Assembly (NCBI GenBank): GCA_018238545.1
Contig: JABCTC010000006.1
Coordinates: 40,609 to 104,608, forward strand
Source of the DNA: Candidatus Heimdallarchaeota archaeon
Lineage (GTDB): Archaea > Asgardarchaeota > Heimdallarchaeia > Heimdallarchaeales > Heimdallarchaeaceae
DNA length: 64,000 nucleotides
Direction of reading: 5' to 3'
Shown here: positions 40,676-51,556 of the stretch, piece after piece
Numbering within the stretch: the stretch's first letter is position 1
Layout: every line of letters starts with the position of its first letter
Notes under the pieces: model-generated
Database searches by the model: none
The model's input: only the letters and a program-made list of their open reading frames with translations
Told to the model about the DNA's origin: nothing
Position numbers and translations under genes: made by a program

Positions 40676-40887
40676 TAAAAGGTGAGTTTATTTTTTCCTT
40701 TAGATTTTCTTTACTTTATTCATTAAAAATAATCGAACTATCGATGTTAGGGTTGAGAGAACACAAAATTCTACATATATTTAAATAGTGAATAACACAA
40801 AGAAAAGTAAGGGGAACTAATAAATTTATAAAGACCAGTAAAACAATTTAAATTAGGTAAACCGTAAAATTAGACTTTACAAAATGG

Positions 40888-41331
40888 ATGAATAACATGC
40901 CAGCTGTCAAACTATCTCAAACAGAAATGCAATTTATTACGATTTTCCAAGGAATTGTTAATGTAATCATTAAGGACTGTCTAATCGACGAAGAAGATAA
41001 CAAAGTTACTTTTGTAGTTTCAGAAGGACAAGCAGGTCTAGCTATTGGAAAGCGAGGAACCAATATTAATAGGCTAAAAGAATTAATAGCAAAGGATGTA
41101 GAGATAATTGAATACTCTTTGGATTCTGCTAAATTTATACGAAACTGTTTCTTACCCATTGTTACTAGAGCAGTGCTAATATTGGATCGAAAAAATGGCA
41201 AGGTTGCAACAGTAGAAGTAGATAATAGAGACAAGGGTCGTGCTATAGGGAGAAATGGAAAAAACATAAACAAGGTTAAAAATCTTGTTTTAAGACAATT
41301 TGATATAGTTGATGTAATGATTAAACAGTGA
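40888..41331 (+). CDS. nusA: Archaeal NusA (two KH domains)
   Basis: GLAIGKRGTNI, GRAIGRNGKNI; follows L30e. Confidence 0.95.
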   Translation: MNNMPAVKLSQTEMQFITIFQGIVNVIIKDCLIDEEDNKVTFVVSEGQAGLAIGKRGTNINRLKELIAKDVEIIEYSLDSAKFIRNCFLPIVTRAVLILDRKNGKVATVEVDNRDKGRAIGRNGKNINKVKNLVLRQFDIVDVMIKQ

Positions 41332-41432
41332 GAGAGAACACTTTTTCACTCAATATCACTCAATGTGTCCCACCTTCTGATTTTTCTTGTTTCAAGAAAA
41401 ATTAAAATAAGAAGGAATCTAGGTTAATTCAC

Positions 41433-41840
41433 ATGACCTCTTCTTCTGATGACGAGAAATTAGCAGAATTATTAGATATAATTGGGAAAAAAAAGAGTCT
41501 AACAGAAGTTTTGGAAAATGAAATTCTATCTGTTTTTGATTCAAGGGGAGAAAACGCTGTCAAAGTGCTAAAAGAAAATAATTTACAAAAATTAATTTTA
41601 GATGAAAATATTAGCATCTGGGAAGTTAAAGGTAGAAGCAAGGTCTACATTGTGATAGAAAATAACTATTGCGAATGTACCGATTTTCAGTTTCGTGTGT
41701 TAAGAAAAGGACAAAAAACCTTATGCTATCATCTCTTAGCCAAGATTATTGGGGAGAAGCTTGAAGTTTTCAATACTAGGTCTTTATCTACTGACGAATA
41801 CAATAAAATATTGGAACAAAGAATAAAAAATGAAAAATGA
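41433..41840 (+). CDS. SWIM zinc-finger protein (Sws1-like)
   Basis: CECTDF-x10-LCYH (CxC...CxH). Confidence 0.85.
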   Translation: MTSSSDDEKLAELLDIIGKKKSLTEVLENEILSVFDSRGENAVKVLKENNLQKLILDENISIWEVKGRSKVYIVIENNYCECTDFQFRVLRKGQKTLCYHLLAKIIGEKLEVFNTRSLSTDEYNKILEQRIKNEK

Positions 41841-41856
41841 ATGAAGTTAGAAGTAC

Positions 41857-44800
41857 TTATGCAATGTCTTCTAATTCAATGTGAGGAGCAATACCTAGAC
41901 TCATTAGTTCTTGCATTAATAGTTTGAAAGCATAGCTTATTACGACTTTAGCAACAGTTGTTTCTTCTTTACAAATAGGACAATGGTATCGATCTCTATT
42001 CCTATCATACATTGCTAAGAAACCACACCTAGAACAAATAAGGGCATCAGTTTTATCAGATTCATCAAGTAATCTTTCTTTCAGAAGAATAGATGTTCCA
42101 TGACCTATAAGGCAATCTCTTTCCATCTCTCCAAATCTTAGACCTCCTTCCCTTGCTCTACCCTCAGTAGGTTGTCTTGTGAGCATTTGTATGGGACCTC
42201 TTGCTCGTGCGTGTATTTTGTCTTGAACTAAGTGGTGCAGCTTCTGGTAGAATTGAGATCCTACAAACACATTCCCCTCTAGTCTTTTTCCAGTTTTTCC
42301 ATCATACATTACTTCTCTTCCATAGGGATACATGCCTATCTCTTTTAGTTCATCATGAAGATCATCAAGTTTGGTTTGACTAAAAGCTGTACCATATATG
42401 GCGGAACCCCTTTGAGCTGCAAGCTTACCTGCAAGTAATTCCATTAACATTCCTATTGTCATTCTTGATGGGACTGCATGTGGGTTGACGATGATGTCTG
42501 GGACAATTCCAGATTCAGTGAAAGGCATATCTTCTTGAGGTATGATGAGTCCTATAACTCCCTTTTGTCCATGTCTGGATGCAAATTTATCCCCAATTTC
42601 AGGGATTCTTTCAGATCTAACTCGAACCTTAACAAGACGATTTCCTTCATTAGTGTCTGTAAGTACAACAACATCAGATATCCCCTTTTCTCCATGTCTC
42701 ATAGCTTTACTAGTTTCTCTTCTGTTTTGTGGAGGAACATCAAATTCGGTATATTCTTCCAGAAATCTGGGAGGACTTGTTCTACCAATCAATACTTCTC
42801 CTCTACTCCCCTCAACACTAATTTCGGGTTCAATAACACCATCTTCACCAAGATGTACATATTGGGATTCATCCTTGTACCCTCTAACTGAATCATCTGG
42901 AATTTCAAATGTATCTTCTTGTCCATTTGGATATTTACGCTCTTCAGCATCATATGTCCTGTAAAATGTACTTCTTCCCAATCCTCTCTCAATAGCTGCT
43001 TTATTTATCAGTAAAGCATCTTCCATATTGTATCCCTCATAAGCTAGAATTGCAATAATGAAGTTTTGACCTGCTGGTCTACTTTCAAAGTTAATTGCAT
43101 CCATTCCATGGGTTTTAACTAATGGTTTTTGAGGATAATGTAGAATGTGGGCTCTTGTATCCATTCTATATCTGAAATTTGCAGAGAAGATACCAAGAGC
43201 TTGTTTTGCCATTCCCGCTTCATAGACATTTCTATCAGAACGATTATGTTCAGGATAAGGAATAAGGGAAGCACAAATTCCTAGAATTGTACTAGGTGTA
43301 ATTTCCATGTGGGTAATATCTGGACCAAGTGAGTTTTCATCAATTGCAATGAACAAATTCTCTTCTTCTTCAGCATCTATATACTCAATAACTTGGTTTC
43401 GAAGGAGATCTGACCAAGACCATTTATTACTAACAATCCAATTGATCATCTCTTTTGTTAGCTTTGAGTTACCATTTTCAACAATTATCAAAGGACGACG
43501 AACTCTTCCTGCATCACAATTTATCATGATTTCCCTTGTATCATCATAGTATGCAATATTGACTTCGTGGTGTATCTCCCCTTCTCTTCGTTTCTCAATT
43601 AGTTTATGTCTAAATTCTTCACCTTTTTCAACAGCTCCTAGAAAGCTACCATTCAAGAAAACCTTGTAGTAGTTTGGATTAGCAACTAGTTTTGCTAACT
43701 GAGAAGTTGGTTCTGCCAAATCTTGAGGCTTAATAATATTTAATCCTAAATCATCAATTAGTTTTTTCTCAATCTCTTTTTCTTGTAATCCTACACTGAT
43801 ATATGCTTGAAGAGCTAGATTTTTCACTAAACCACAATTTGGTCCTTCTGGTGTTTCATTTGGACATATCTTACCAAAATGTGTTGGGTGAAGATCTCGA
43901 GCTTCAAAGTGAGGTTGACTTCTACTCAAAGGACTCACTACTCTTCGCAAATGGCTTAAGGCTGACATGTAATTTGTTCTATCAAGCAATTGACTGACTC
44001 CTGATTTTCCACCAGTCCAATTACCAGTTGCTAGTGCATGTCTTAATCTTTCAGTAATTAAATCAGCTCGAACAGCTGTTTTTAGATTAGGTTTTCGACC
44101 TCTAACAGTTACTCTTTCTAATTGGTATTTGATATCACGGCATAATGCATGAAAAGCTACTCTATATAACATGAGTAACAAGTCTCCAGCGAGTTTTAAC
44201 CGTTTATTTGAATAATGATCCTTGTCATCTTTATGTCTAACGCCTGCTTCTAGTTCAAGTAATCTTTGAGCCATACGGGCAAGAAAGAACGCTTTCTTTA
44301 ATCTAGATTCTTCATCACTTCCAAGATGAGGAAGAAGATATTTATCTAATACTTGCATAGCTCGATTAATACGATATTCTTTTGTTTGCCCTACAGCTAC
44401 TCTTTTTCCAATATAATCCAGAGATTCTTCTGTAGTATCTATTTCCGAGGATTCTCTCATTAAGATTGACATAACTCGGGATCGAAGTTCAGGTGTCGGA
44501 CTTATGGCCATTGCAATCATATCGTCTCTTTCTATTCCAAGTGCTCGCATTAGAAGGATGAGAGATATTTTTCTGGGCATACTTGGAAAACTTACTCTTA
44601 ATTGACCATCATTAGTGTGCTCTACAGTAACTGGAGCTCGAAAACCATGTATAACACTGAACACTTTAGCTTCACTTGTCACATTTCCTTTGCTCTTGAG
44701 CTTGTCTATGAGAATGCGATTTGGTGATAAATCTTCTTGAGTTACAATAACACGCTCACTACCATTTACTAAAAAGTAACCACCAGGATCTTTAGGATCT

Positions 44801-45255
44801 TCTCCTAGTTTAATTAGAGATTCAGGAGTACGATTATATAGTTGACATTTATTGGATTTCAACATAATGGGGAGATAACCAATAAAAACACTAATTGGTT
44901 CCAAGGGAACTTCTACGCCATCATCAGAGCCTTTCCGAATTGGTGTCATATGCAGATTTAACCTTGAAGCATAAGTTAGATTACGAATCCTTGCTTCCAT
45001 TGGATAAACAGAACTCTGTGAGCCATCAGCTTCGCGAATAGTTGGTTCTTCAACCTCAACTTTATCTAACCTCACATAAAATTCGGAATCTTCAGGTTCG
45101 ATAGTTTTAATCTCTTTGATAACTGATTGTAATCTCTTTTCTAGAAATTCATTAAAAGAATCAAGATGCTGACGAACTAATCCTAGCTCATCAAACATTG
45201 CGTTAACTAAAACCCAACGACTATTGGTATTTGAACTACTCTTCTTTTTGACCAT
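41857..45255 (-). CDS. rpoB: RNA polymerase subunit B (fused Rpo2)
   Basis: GGYFLVNGSE, ETPEGPNCGL, GDKFASRHGQKG, GGLRFGEMERD. Confidence 0.99.
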   Translation of the reverse strand: MVKKKSSSNTNSRWVLVNAMFDELGLVRQHLDSFNEFLEKRLQSVIKEIKTIEPEDSEFYVRLDKVEVEEPTIREADGSQSSVYPMEARIRNLTYASRLNLHMTPIRKGSDDGVEVPLEPISVFIGYLPIMLKSNKCQLYNRTPESLIKLGEDPKDPGGYFLVNGSERVIVTQEDLSPNRILIDKLKSKGNVTSEAKVFSVIHGFRAPVTVEHTNDGQLRVSFPSMPRKISLILLMRALGIERDDMIAMAISPTPELRSRVMSILMRESSEIDTTEESLDYIGKRVAVGQTKEYRINRAMQVLDKYLLPHLGSDEESRLKKAFFLARMAQRLLELEAGVRHKDDKDHYSNKRLKLAGDLLLMLYRVAFHALCRDIKYQLERVTVRGRKPNLKTAVRADLITERLRHALATGNWTGGKSGVSQLLDRTNYMSALSHLRRVVSPLSRSQPHFEARDLHPTHFGKICPNETPEGPNCGLVKNLALQAYISVGLQEKEIEKKLIDDLGLNIIKPQDLAEPTSQLAKLVANPNYYKVFLNGSFLGAVEKGEEFRHKLIEKRREGEIHHEVNIAYYDDTREIMINCDAGRVRRPLIIVENGNSKLTKEMINWIVSNKWSWSDLLRNQVIEYIDAEEEENLFIAIDENSLGPDITHMEITPSTILGICASLIPYPEHNRSDRNVYEAGMAKQALGIFSANFRYRMDTRAHILHYPQKPLVKTHGMDAINFESRPAGQNFIIAILAYEGYNMEDALLINKAAIERGLGRSTFYRTYDAEERKYPNGQEDTFEIPDDSVRGYKDESQYVHLGEDGVIEPEISVEGSRGEVLIGRTSPPRFLEEYTEFDVPPQNRRETSKAMRHGEKGISDVVVLTDTNEGNRLVKVRVRSERIPEIGDKFASRHGQKGVIGLIIPQEDMPFTESGIVPDIIVNPHAVPSRMTIGMLMELLAGKLAAQRGSAIYGTAFSQTKLDDLHDELKEIGMYPYGREVMYDGKTGKRLEGNVFVGSQFYQKLHHLVQDKIHARARGPIQMLTRQPTEGRAREGGLRFGEMERDCLIGHGTSILLKERLLDESDKTDALICSRCGFLAMYDRNRDRYHCPICKEETTVAKVVISYAFKLLMQELMSLGIAPHIELEDIA

Positions 45256-45360
45256 TTAAACACCCATGGACGACTAAAAATTGCGATATCCTCGCATTTA
45301 CGAGCATTTTTGATAGATTAAAAAGATTATGAATCAAGACCACAAAAAAGAGTTATAGTC

Positions 45361-46758
45361 TCACTTGTCAGAGTGAAAAATTAAGGACCAAGGATAGCGT
45401 ACAGCTATTTCACTCACTACTCGTTTCACTTTCTCTTGTTCAGATGTATTTTCATAAAACAATAAAAACACCTCTCCTCCTCTACTTCGTTTCATTTTTT
45501 GATAGACTGTTTTTGGAGAATTCACTAAATCATATACTATAATTAACTCTGTTTGAGGGATGTCTATATCTCTTTCTCCAATGGGTGAAAGAATGAGTGC
45601 TGAGTGTTCCTTAGAGCTCTTAAACCTCTCAATTATCTCACTCTTGTTTCTTGATTTACCTGTAACTTCAAAAATTGTAATTCCTTCACTCTTAAGAAGC
45701 TGGGAAAGGGAACTTACTGTAGATAAAAACGAACAAAGAATAGTTATTTTCTTACGGTTCTTCACTATTTTTAACACCTCTAATTCTTTACCACTTATCT
45801 TTGGTATGTCAGAGAGAAGGCCCTTATCGAAACCATGACGCATCAAATAATTTGGATAGGTGCTTGCTGGCATAGAGTAAACATATTTTCTTAATAGTAA
45901 GAGTCGATTAAGTTTCTCCACCAAATCAGTTTCAATTGACATAAGTGAAATGTTTTGAAAGAAATTTTGCTTTAATCGCGGTAACTCGGTTGGAGATGTT
46001 TCACTTACAATTTGCAGTATTTCTTCTCGTAAATCTTTAATTTGTTTCGTAATCATTTGTATTATCTGGGCAGTTTTTTCATCTTTAACAGGATGAATGT
46101 GAACCTTTGTTTCTTTGATATATTCCTTAAGATCTGTCCCAATAAAATCTTCAATTGTTATAATGGAACTTTCAGGAATAAATTCCATTAAAGTACTTAG
46201 CTCGTTTCGTAATTTAAGCTGATCTTCATCTAATACAAAATGATCATCTCTAAGAGTGCCACTCATACCTACGAATCTTGTGTTATCTAGTTGTGCCAGT
46301 ATTCTATTCCATGGGACACATAAAACTCTCTTTAGAGAAACGCGTCGGATTATTTGGTCCACTTCATTAATAATTGCGATATCGATATTTTCAGCTAACT
46401 CTGGAAACTTTTTCAGTGTATTAGAAAAAACAATTGGAAGCGATAAGATTACACGGTTTTTTTCGATTATGTGTTTTCTATAATTTGCACTTAAACCACT
46501 CTTAACAACACCCAAATCTTTTATTCCACCATACTCTTTTTCCAAATAGTGGGCTGTTTCTTCAAGCGAAGTGTGTGTTTGCAGAAAAACCACAACTTTT
46601 TTGTCCTTAAACGCTTCCGTTACTAGCCTATACATCAGAACACGCTTACCCATCCCACAATCTAATTCTAGAATGACACTTTTTCTCGAATCTACCAATT
46701 CTTCAATTCGTTGAATGATAAAATTCTGATACTCACGAGATTCGATGGACAAGACCAA
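45361..46758 (-). CDS. Hef/Mph1-like superfamily 2 helicase with degenerate motifs
   Basis: REYQ, LDCGMGKR, INEVD, MSGT, GERDIDIP, QKMKRSRG. Confidence 0.7.
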   Translation of the reverse strand: MVLSIESREYQNFIIQRIEELVDSRKSVILELDCGMGKRVLMYRLVTEAFKDKKVVVFLQTHTSLEETAHYLEKEYGGIKDLGVVKSGLSANYRKHIIEKNRVILSLPIVFSNTLKKFPELAENIDIAIINEVDQIIRRVSLKRVLCVPWNRILAQLDNTRFVGMSGTLRDDHFVLDEDQLKLRNELSTLMEFIPESSIITIEDFIGTDLKEYIKETKVHIHPVKDEKTAQIIQMITKQIKDLREEILQIVSETSPTELPRLKQNFFQNISLMSIETDLVEKLNRLLLLRKYVYSMPASTYPNYLMRHGFDKGLLSDIPKISGKELEVLKIVKNRKKITILCSFLSTVSSLSQLLKSEGITIFEVTGKSRNKSEIIERFKSSKEHSALILSPIGERDIDIPQTELIIVYDLVNSPKTVYQKMKRSRGGEVFLLFYENTSEQEKVKRVVSEIAVRYPWSLIFHSDK

Positions 46759-46816
46759 TCACTTTGATATATGGATATTCGTATATAAAGAGACAAATTA
46801 ACAGCTAACAATCACA

Positions 46817-47647
46817 TCATATCTTATCTGAAATGTTTTCCTGAACCGATTTCAATAAGTTGAATGACTGATCTGATTTTTCGTGAAGATTGAATCCTAT
46901 CGCGGTTATGCTAATACTTTTCATGGTTTGCACTGCCCATGTATCGGTGTTTTCAGGAAAAGATTTTTTCTGTTCTCCCCACAACCATAAATACGGGAGT
47001 TTTCGCGGGTCTTTCTTCTCTACCATGTAGTTATTGTATTTGTAAAATGCAGGCCTTGTAATATATATCTCTGTTTCTTCTGTAATCTCCGTAGGGTAAT
47101 TTACATTTAGAAAAGCCAAACCTTGCGGCCATTCCATATCCAAGGTGTGCTCAACAATCATACGAGACATTTCTGCCATTCTATCGAAATTGATTCCTTT
47201 TTGTTCAATAAGTTGTGCATCATCTGATAAATCTGCTGAAAAAGCTATAGCTGGGACATTATTGAAAGCTGCTTCAAATGCTGCAGCGCAAGTACCACTT
47301 GTTAAAATTGAATGAATTGAAGAATTATCCCCATAATTGATTCCACTTACAACCATGTTAGGTTTCTTTTTCAAGACGTGGATACCAACAAGAACATTAT
47401 CAGCTGGTGCTCCAGTTGTACTGTAACCTATTGAACCATCTTCATAATCTATTTGTGAGAAACGTATGGGTTTATGGAATGTAAGGGCCTTTGATACGGC
47501 TGAACTAGCTTCAGCAGGTGCAAAGCACACTACTTTAGCTATTTTAACAAGCTCTTCTCTAATGGTGTTTAGACCAATGGATTTAATTCCATCATCATTT
47601 GTCAATAGAATAAGTTTATCTTTCACAAAGATATAATTGGCAATCAT
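46817..47647 (-). CDS. surE: 5'/3'-nucleotidase SurE
   Basis: ILLTNDDG, GAPAD, VSGINYGDN, SGT. Confidence 0.95.
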   Translation of the reverse strand: MIANYIFVKDKLILLTNDDGIKSIGLNTIREELVKIAKVVCFAPAEASSAVSKALTFHKPIRFSQIDYEDGSIGYSTTGAPADNVLVGIHVLKKKPNMVVSGINYGDNSSIHSILTSGTCAAAFEAAFNNVPAIAFSADLSDDAQLIEQKGINFDRMAEMSRMIVEHTLDMEWPQGLAFLNVNYPTEITEETEIYITRPAFYKYNNYMVEKKDPRKLPYLWLWGEQKKSFPENTDTWAVQTMKSISITAIGFNLHEKSDQSFNLLKSVQENISDKI

Positions 47648-47758
47648 TTGTTAAGTTTTATCTTTGGAAATAAATTTTAGTTCAAACATAACGTTAAAAA
47701 AAACAAATTGCGCTGTTCTTTTAGAATAAACAATTATGTACATAAAGGTGTTTTTACG

Positions 47759-50464
47759 ATGACTGAAAAATATGTCTATAAATTCTTTAGTAAAGATATA
47801 AGTGAAGGAAAAGCGGAAATGAAACCATTGCTAGGTGGAAAAGGAGCAAATTTGGCTGAAATGACAAATTTGGGGCTACCTGTACCACCTGGTTACGTAG
47901 TAACAACTCAAGCTTGTCTTCATTTTCTAGCGAATAACAATTCCTATCCTGAAGGGTTGGAAGAACAAATAGAATTGGCACAACAAGGATTAGAAAATTC
48001 TGCAGGGAAGAAATTGGGAGATGAAAATGATCCCCTATTAGTTTCTGTAAGGAGTGGATCAGTTGTTTCCATGCCTGGGATGATGGACACAGTGTTGAAC
48101 CTTGGTTTAACTGATAGTTCTGTTGAAGGGTTGGCAAAGGTGTCTGAAGACCCAAGATTTGCCTATGATTCATACCGTCGTTTTATTTACATGTATGCTG
48201 ATGTGGTAAAAGGTGTCAGCAAAACATTTTTTGAGAAAGAATTGGAAAAACTCAAAGTAGAACTCGGAGTAGAAACTGATACGGAAATACCTGCTGAAGA
48301 ACTCAAAAAACTTGTCCAAAAATACAAAATAATCTATAAAGAACATTTGGGCGAAGATTTTCCACAAGATCCACGTGTTCAGCTGTTGGATGCAGTTAAG
48401 GCTGTTTTTAAAAGCTGGAACAATAAACGTGCTATTGATTATAGAAACCATCAAGGCATTTCACATGATTTAGGAACCGCCGTAAACATTATGATAATGG
48501 TTTATGGTAACCTAGGCGATACATCCGCGACCGGTGTAGCATTCTCAAGAAACCCATCAGATGGAAGTAAGGGAATTTACGGAGAATATCTCATTAATGC
48601 ACAAGGAGAAGATGTTGTTGCTGGAATTAGAACCCCATTACCAATTGTAAATCTCAAGGACGACATGCCTACCCTCTATGATGAATTAGTAGAGATTTCT
48701 GAAAGCTTAGAGGCCAGATACCGAGACATGCAAGATATGGAATTTACAATTCAACAAGGAAAACTCTACATGCTTCAAACAAGAAGCGGTAAGAGAACTG
48801 GAATCGCTGCAAGTCAAATTGCATATGATTTAGTTAATGAAGGTGTTATTACTAAGGAAGAAGCCATCATGAGAATCACTCCAAGTGATGTTGAAAATGC
48901 TTTGTTCCCATCTATCGATTGGCAACAAATAAATGTTAATGCTCCTATAAAACAAATTAAACATGAATTAAGTGATAGACTCCTTGGTTCAGGTTTAGCT
49001 GCTGGAGCTGCTGCTGCAACTGGACTTGCTATTTTTGATGCCGATAGGGCTGAAGAAGCAGCAAAGCAAAATAAAGAAGTAATTCTAGTAAGGGTTGAAA
49101 CAACACCTGAAGATTTTCATGGAATGGCAGCCAGTAATGGTATTCTTACAATGAAAGGTGGTCTAACAAGTCATGCGGCGATTGTTGCAAGGCAGATTGG
49201 TAAAGCCTGTATTGTTGGAAGTGAAAATGGTGGTATTTCTATTGATGTTGAGAAAAATGAACTTTATGCAAAAGGTATAACCATTAAAGAAGGAGATTGG
49301 ATTACTATCGACGGTGAAGATGGTTCAATCTATGCTGGTAAATTACCCACTAGACCATCTAACTTAACCGATTCAATGAATACAATTTTAGATTGGTGTG
49401 ATGAAACCGCTAAAATTGGTGTGAAAGCTAATGCTGATAAACCTGATCAATTCGTAAAAGCTTTAGAGTTTGGAGCTAAAGGTATAGGATTATGTAGAAC
49501 AGAACACATGTTCTTTGATAACCTTGATTTAGTCAGGGGCATGATATTAGCCAAAAATGACGAAGAAAGAAAACACTATGTTGATCAATTAGAACCTGTT
49601 CAAGAAGAGGATTTTAGAGGTATATTTGATGTTTCAAAAGGTTATCCAGTTATCATACGTTTGATTGATCCTCCTCTACATGAATTCTTACCAAGTGAAG
49701 AAGAATTAATGACTGAGATTTTTGAAGCAAAACTAGCAGGTAAGAAGGATGAGGATTTCAAGGAAACAGCTGATATGCTAGAAGTTGTAAGAGAAATGAA
49801 AGAACAAAATCCTATGCTTGGTCTGAGAGGTTGCAGGCTTGGAATTACTATGCCAATTGTTACAGAAATGCAAGCTCGCGCAATATTCAAAGCAGCTGCT
49901 AAAGTTATCAAAAGTGGTAAAGAAGTACTTCCTGAAGTAATGGTTCCTCTTGTAGGATTCCAAAAAGAATTCGAACACCAAAGAACAATTATTGATCGAA
50001 TCGCCAAGGAAGTGATGCAAGAAGAGGGTATTGATTTTAAGTATCTTGTTGGAACTATGATTGAGGTACCAAGAGCAGCTTTGACAAGCAGTGAAATTGC
50101 AGGTGGAGAAAAAGGTGCTCAATTCTTTAGCTTTGGAACAAATGATCTTCATCAGATGGCATTAGGCTTTAGTAGAGACGATGCAGGTACATTTATCTCT
50201 AAATACATGGAACAAGGGATACTCAAAGATGACCCATTTGTTTCAATTGAAGAAGCAGGTGTCGGACGATTAATGAAGATATGTGTAGAAGATGGAAAAG
50301 CTACAAATCCAAATATCGAACTAGGGATTTGTGGTGAACAGGGTGGGGATCCTCAGTCTATAGATTTCTGTTACAGAATTGGTTTAGATTACGTGTCTTG
50401 CAGTCCATTCAGAGTACCAATAGCTAGATTAGCCGCCGCTCGCGCTACTTTAAGTAATAAATAA
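47759..50464 (+). CDS. ppdK: Pyruvate, phosphate dikinase
   Basis: LGGKGANLAEM, GGLTSHAA (phospho-His), GLCRTEHMF, FSFGTNDL; ATG 47759 follows an AGGTG Shine-Dalgarno. Confidence 0.98.
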   Translation: MTEKYVYKFFSKDISEGKAEMKPLLGGKGANLAEMTNLGLPVPPGYVVTTQACLHFLANNNSYPEGLEEQIELAQQGLENSAGKKLGDENDPLLVSVRSGSVVSMPGMMDTVLNLGLTDSSVEGLAKVSEDPRFAYDSYRRFIYMYADVVKGVSKTFFEKELEKLKVELGVETDTEIPAEELKKLVQKYKIIYKEHLGEDFPQDPRVQLLDAVKAVFKSWNNKRAIDYRNHQGISHDLGTAVNIMIMVYGNLGDTSATGVAFSRNPSDGSKGIYGEYLINAQGEDVVAGIRTPLPIVNLKDDMPTLYDELVEISESLEARYRDMQDMEFTIQQGKLYMLQTRSGKRTGIAASQIAYDLVNEGVITKEEAIMRITPSDVENALFPSIDWQQINVNAPIKQIKHELSDRLLGSGLAAGAAAATGLAIFDADRAEEAAKQNKEVILVRVETTPEDFHGMAASNGILTMKGGLTSHAAIVARQIGKACIVGSENGGISIDVEKNELYAKGITIKEGDWITIDGEDGSIYAGKLPTRPSNLTDSMNTILDWCDETAKIGVKANADKPDQFVKALEFGAKGIGLCRTEHMFFDNLDLVRGMILAKNDEERKHYVDQLEPVQEEDFRGIFDVSKGYPVIIRLIDPPLHEFLPSEEELMTEIFEAKLAGKKDEDFKETADMLEVVREMKEQNPMLGLRGCRLGITMPIVTEMQARAIFKAAAKVIKSGKEVLPEVMVPLVGFQKEFEHQRTIIDRIAKEVMQEEGIDFKYLVGTMIEVPRAALTSSEIAGGEKGAQFFSFGTNDLHQMALGFSRDDAGTFISKYMEQGILKDDPFVSIEEAGVGRLMKICVEDGKATNPNIELGICGEQGGDPQSIDFCYRIGLDYVSCSPFRVPIARLAAARATLSNK

Positions 50465-50492
50465 TATTTCTCTCTCTCTTTTTTCTTTTCTT

Positions 50493-51443
50493 TCACAATG
50501 ATATTATTCTATCAATACTATCTAAGAAGAAACTTATGTCTTCTATGAATTCAAAGAGAAATCTAACGAGTTCAGATTTTAATGAGGTTTTATGAAGCGT
50601 TATTAGTTCATCAAGCATCTGAATATTTGCTTTAGTATTTGCGAATTCAGTATAGACTCCGATTATATCTCTTTCCTGAACTGAACTAAGAAGATTTTCA
50701 AGAATATCAAGAATGAAATACATCTTGTTGTTGATATCTCCTGATTCACTATAGTTGTCTAACATTATCTGAGTTGAGACTTCTTGAGCCTTTGTTGCGA
50801 TATCTTCATAGGCTATATCCAACATGTCGATTACAATCTCATCTATATTCATCTCATCTGCTCTCTGCTCCACTGGCACCGTTGAAACTTCCATTCTACA
50901 TGTTGTATCTTTGATTTCTTCATCTAACCACTTAGCAAAGGAGGGTGTAATTATTGGTTTACGATCCAGAAGAGTATCAGCAGATGTGAACTCCTCTTGT
51001 TTTGGCTTAGGGTGAAAAAACTGTTCTTTTATCTGTGAATGAGCAGTGTATTCAGGATAATTATCGTAAACATACTTCACCAACTGCCGTAGACTATAAT
51101 TCTTAAAATCATAACAAAGGTCTTGGATAACTTGATCATAAATGTCCCCAAAATCATTTTCTAATAAATACTGTTCTCCATGATCTGTTATTTGATAGCG
51201 ATGAAGAATTTCACCACCGGCTTTTTCAACTTCTTCATGTTCAATGTAACCATAATCATCTAAATGATGAATGTCCTCTTGGATAACTTGACAATATGGT
51301 CCAAATTTGAAAGGAATGAAATCATAACCCGTATTGATGTGATAGTTCTTCTCCAAAAGAAACAAGAGTTTTTGAAACTGTACTCTCCCATTAACATACC
51401 CCATATGTTTTAGAAGTAATAACAATGTTGCGTAACGGGACAT
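50493..51443 (-). CDS. SocA/Panacea (DUF4065)-like wHTH domain protein with acidic helical C-terminus
   Basis: GRVQFQKLLFLL...YDFIPFKFGPY...LVKYVYDNYPE. Confidence 0.65.
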   Translation of the reverse strand: MSRYATLLLLLKHMGYVNGRVQFQKLLFLLEKNYHINTGYDFIPFKFGPYCQVIQEDIHHLDDYGYIEHEEVEKAGGEILHRYQITDHGEQYLLENDFGDIYDQVIQDLCYDFKNYSLRQLVKYVYDNYPEYTAHSQIKEQFFHPKPKQEEFTSADTLLDRKPIITPSFAKWLDEEIKDTTCRMEVSTVPVEQRADEMNIDEIVIDMLDIAYEDIATKAQEVSTQIMLDNYSESGDINNKMYFILDILENLLSSVQERDIIGVYTEFANTKANIQMLDELITLHKTSLKSELVRFLFEFIEDISFFLDSIDRIISL

Positions 51444-51556
51444 CTCACTATAATTAAACAGAGATTAATATATAAACTCATAGAAATATTTGGGTCTAAA
51501 CTGTGTTACACTCTTTTTATCGGCAATTTACTGATTTTAGTGTTAATTTTGTTATT

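Noticed and set aside
42201-43997. Several antisense or alternate-frame ORFs within rpoB (and similarly in ppdK, rpoA, cdc6 and the SDRs)
   Set aside because: Shadows of conserved genes with no motifs.
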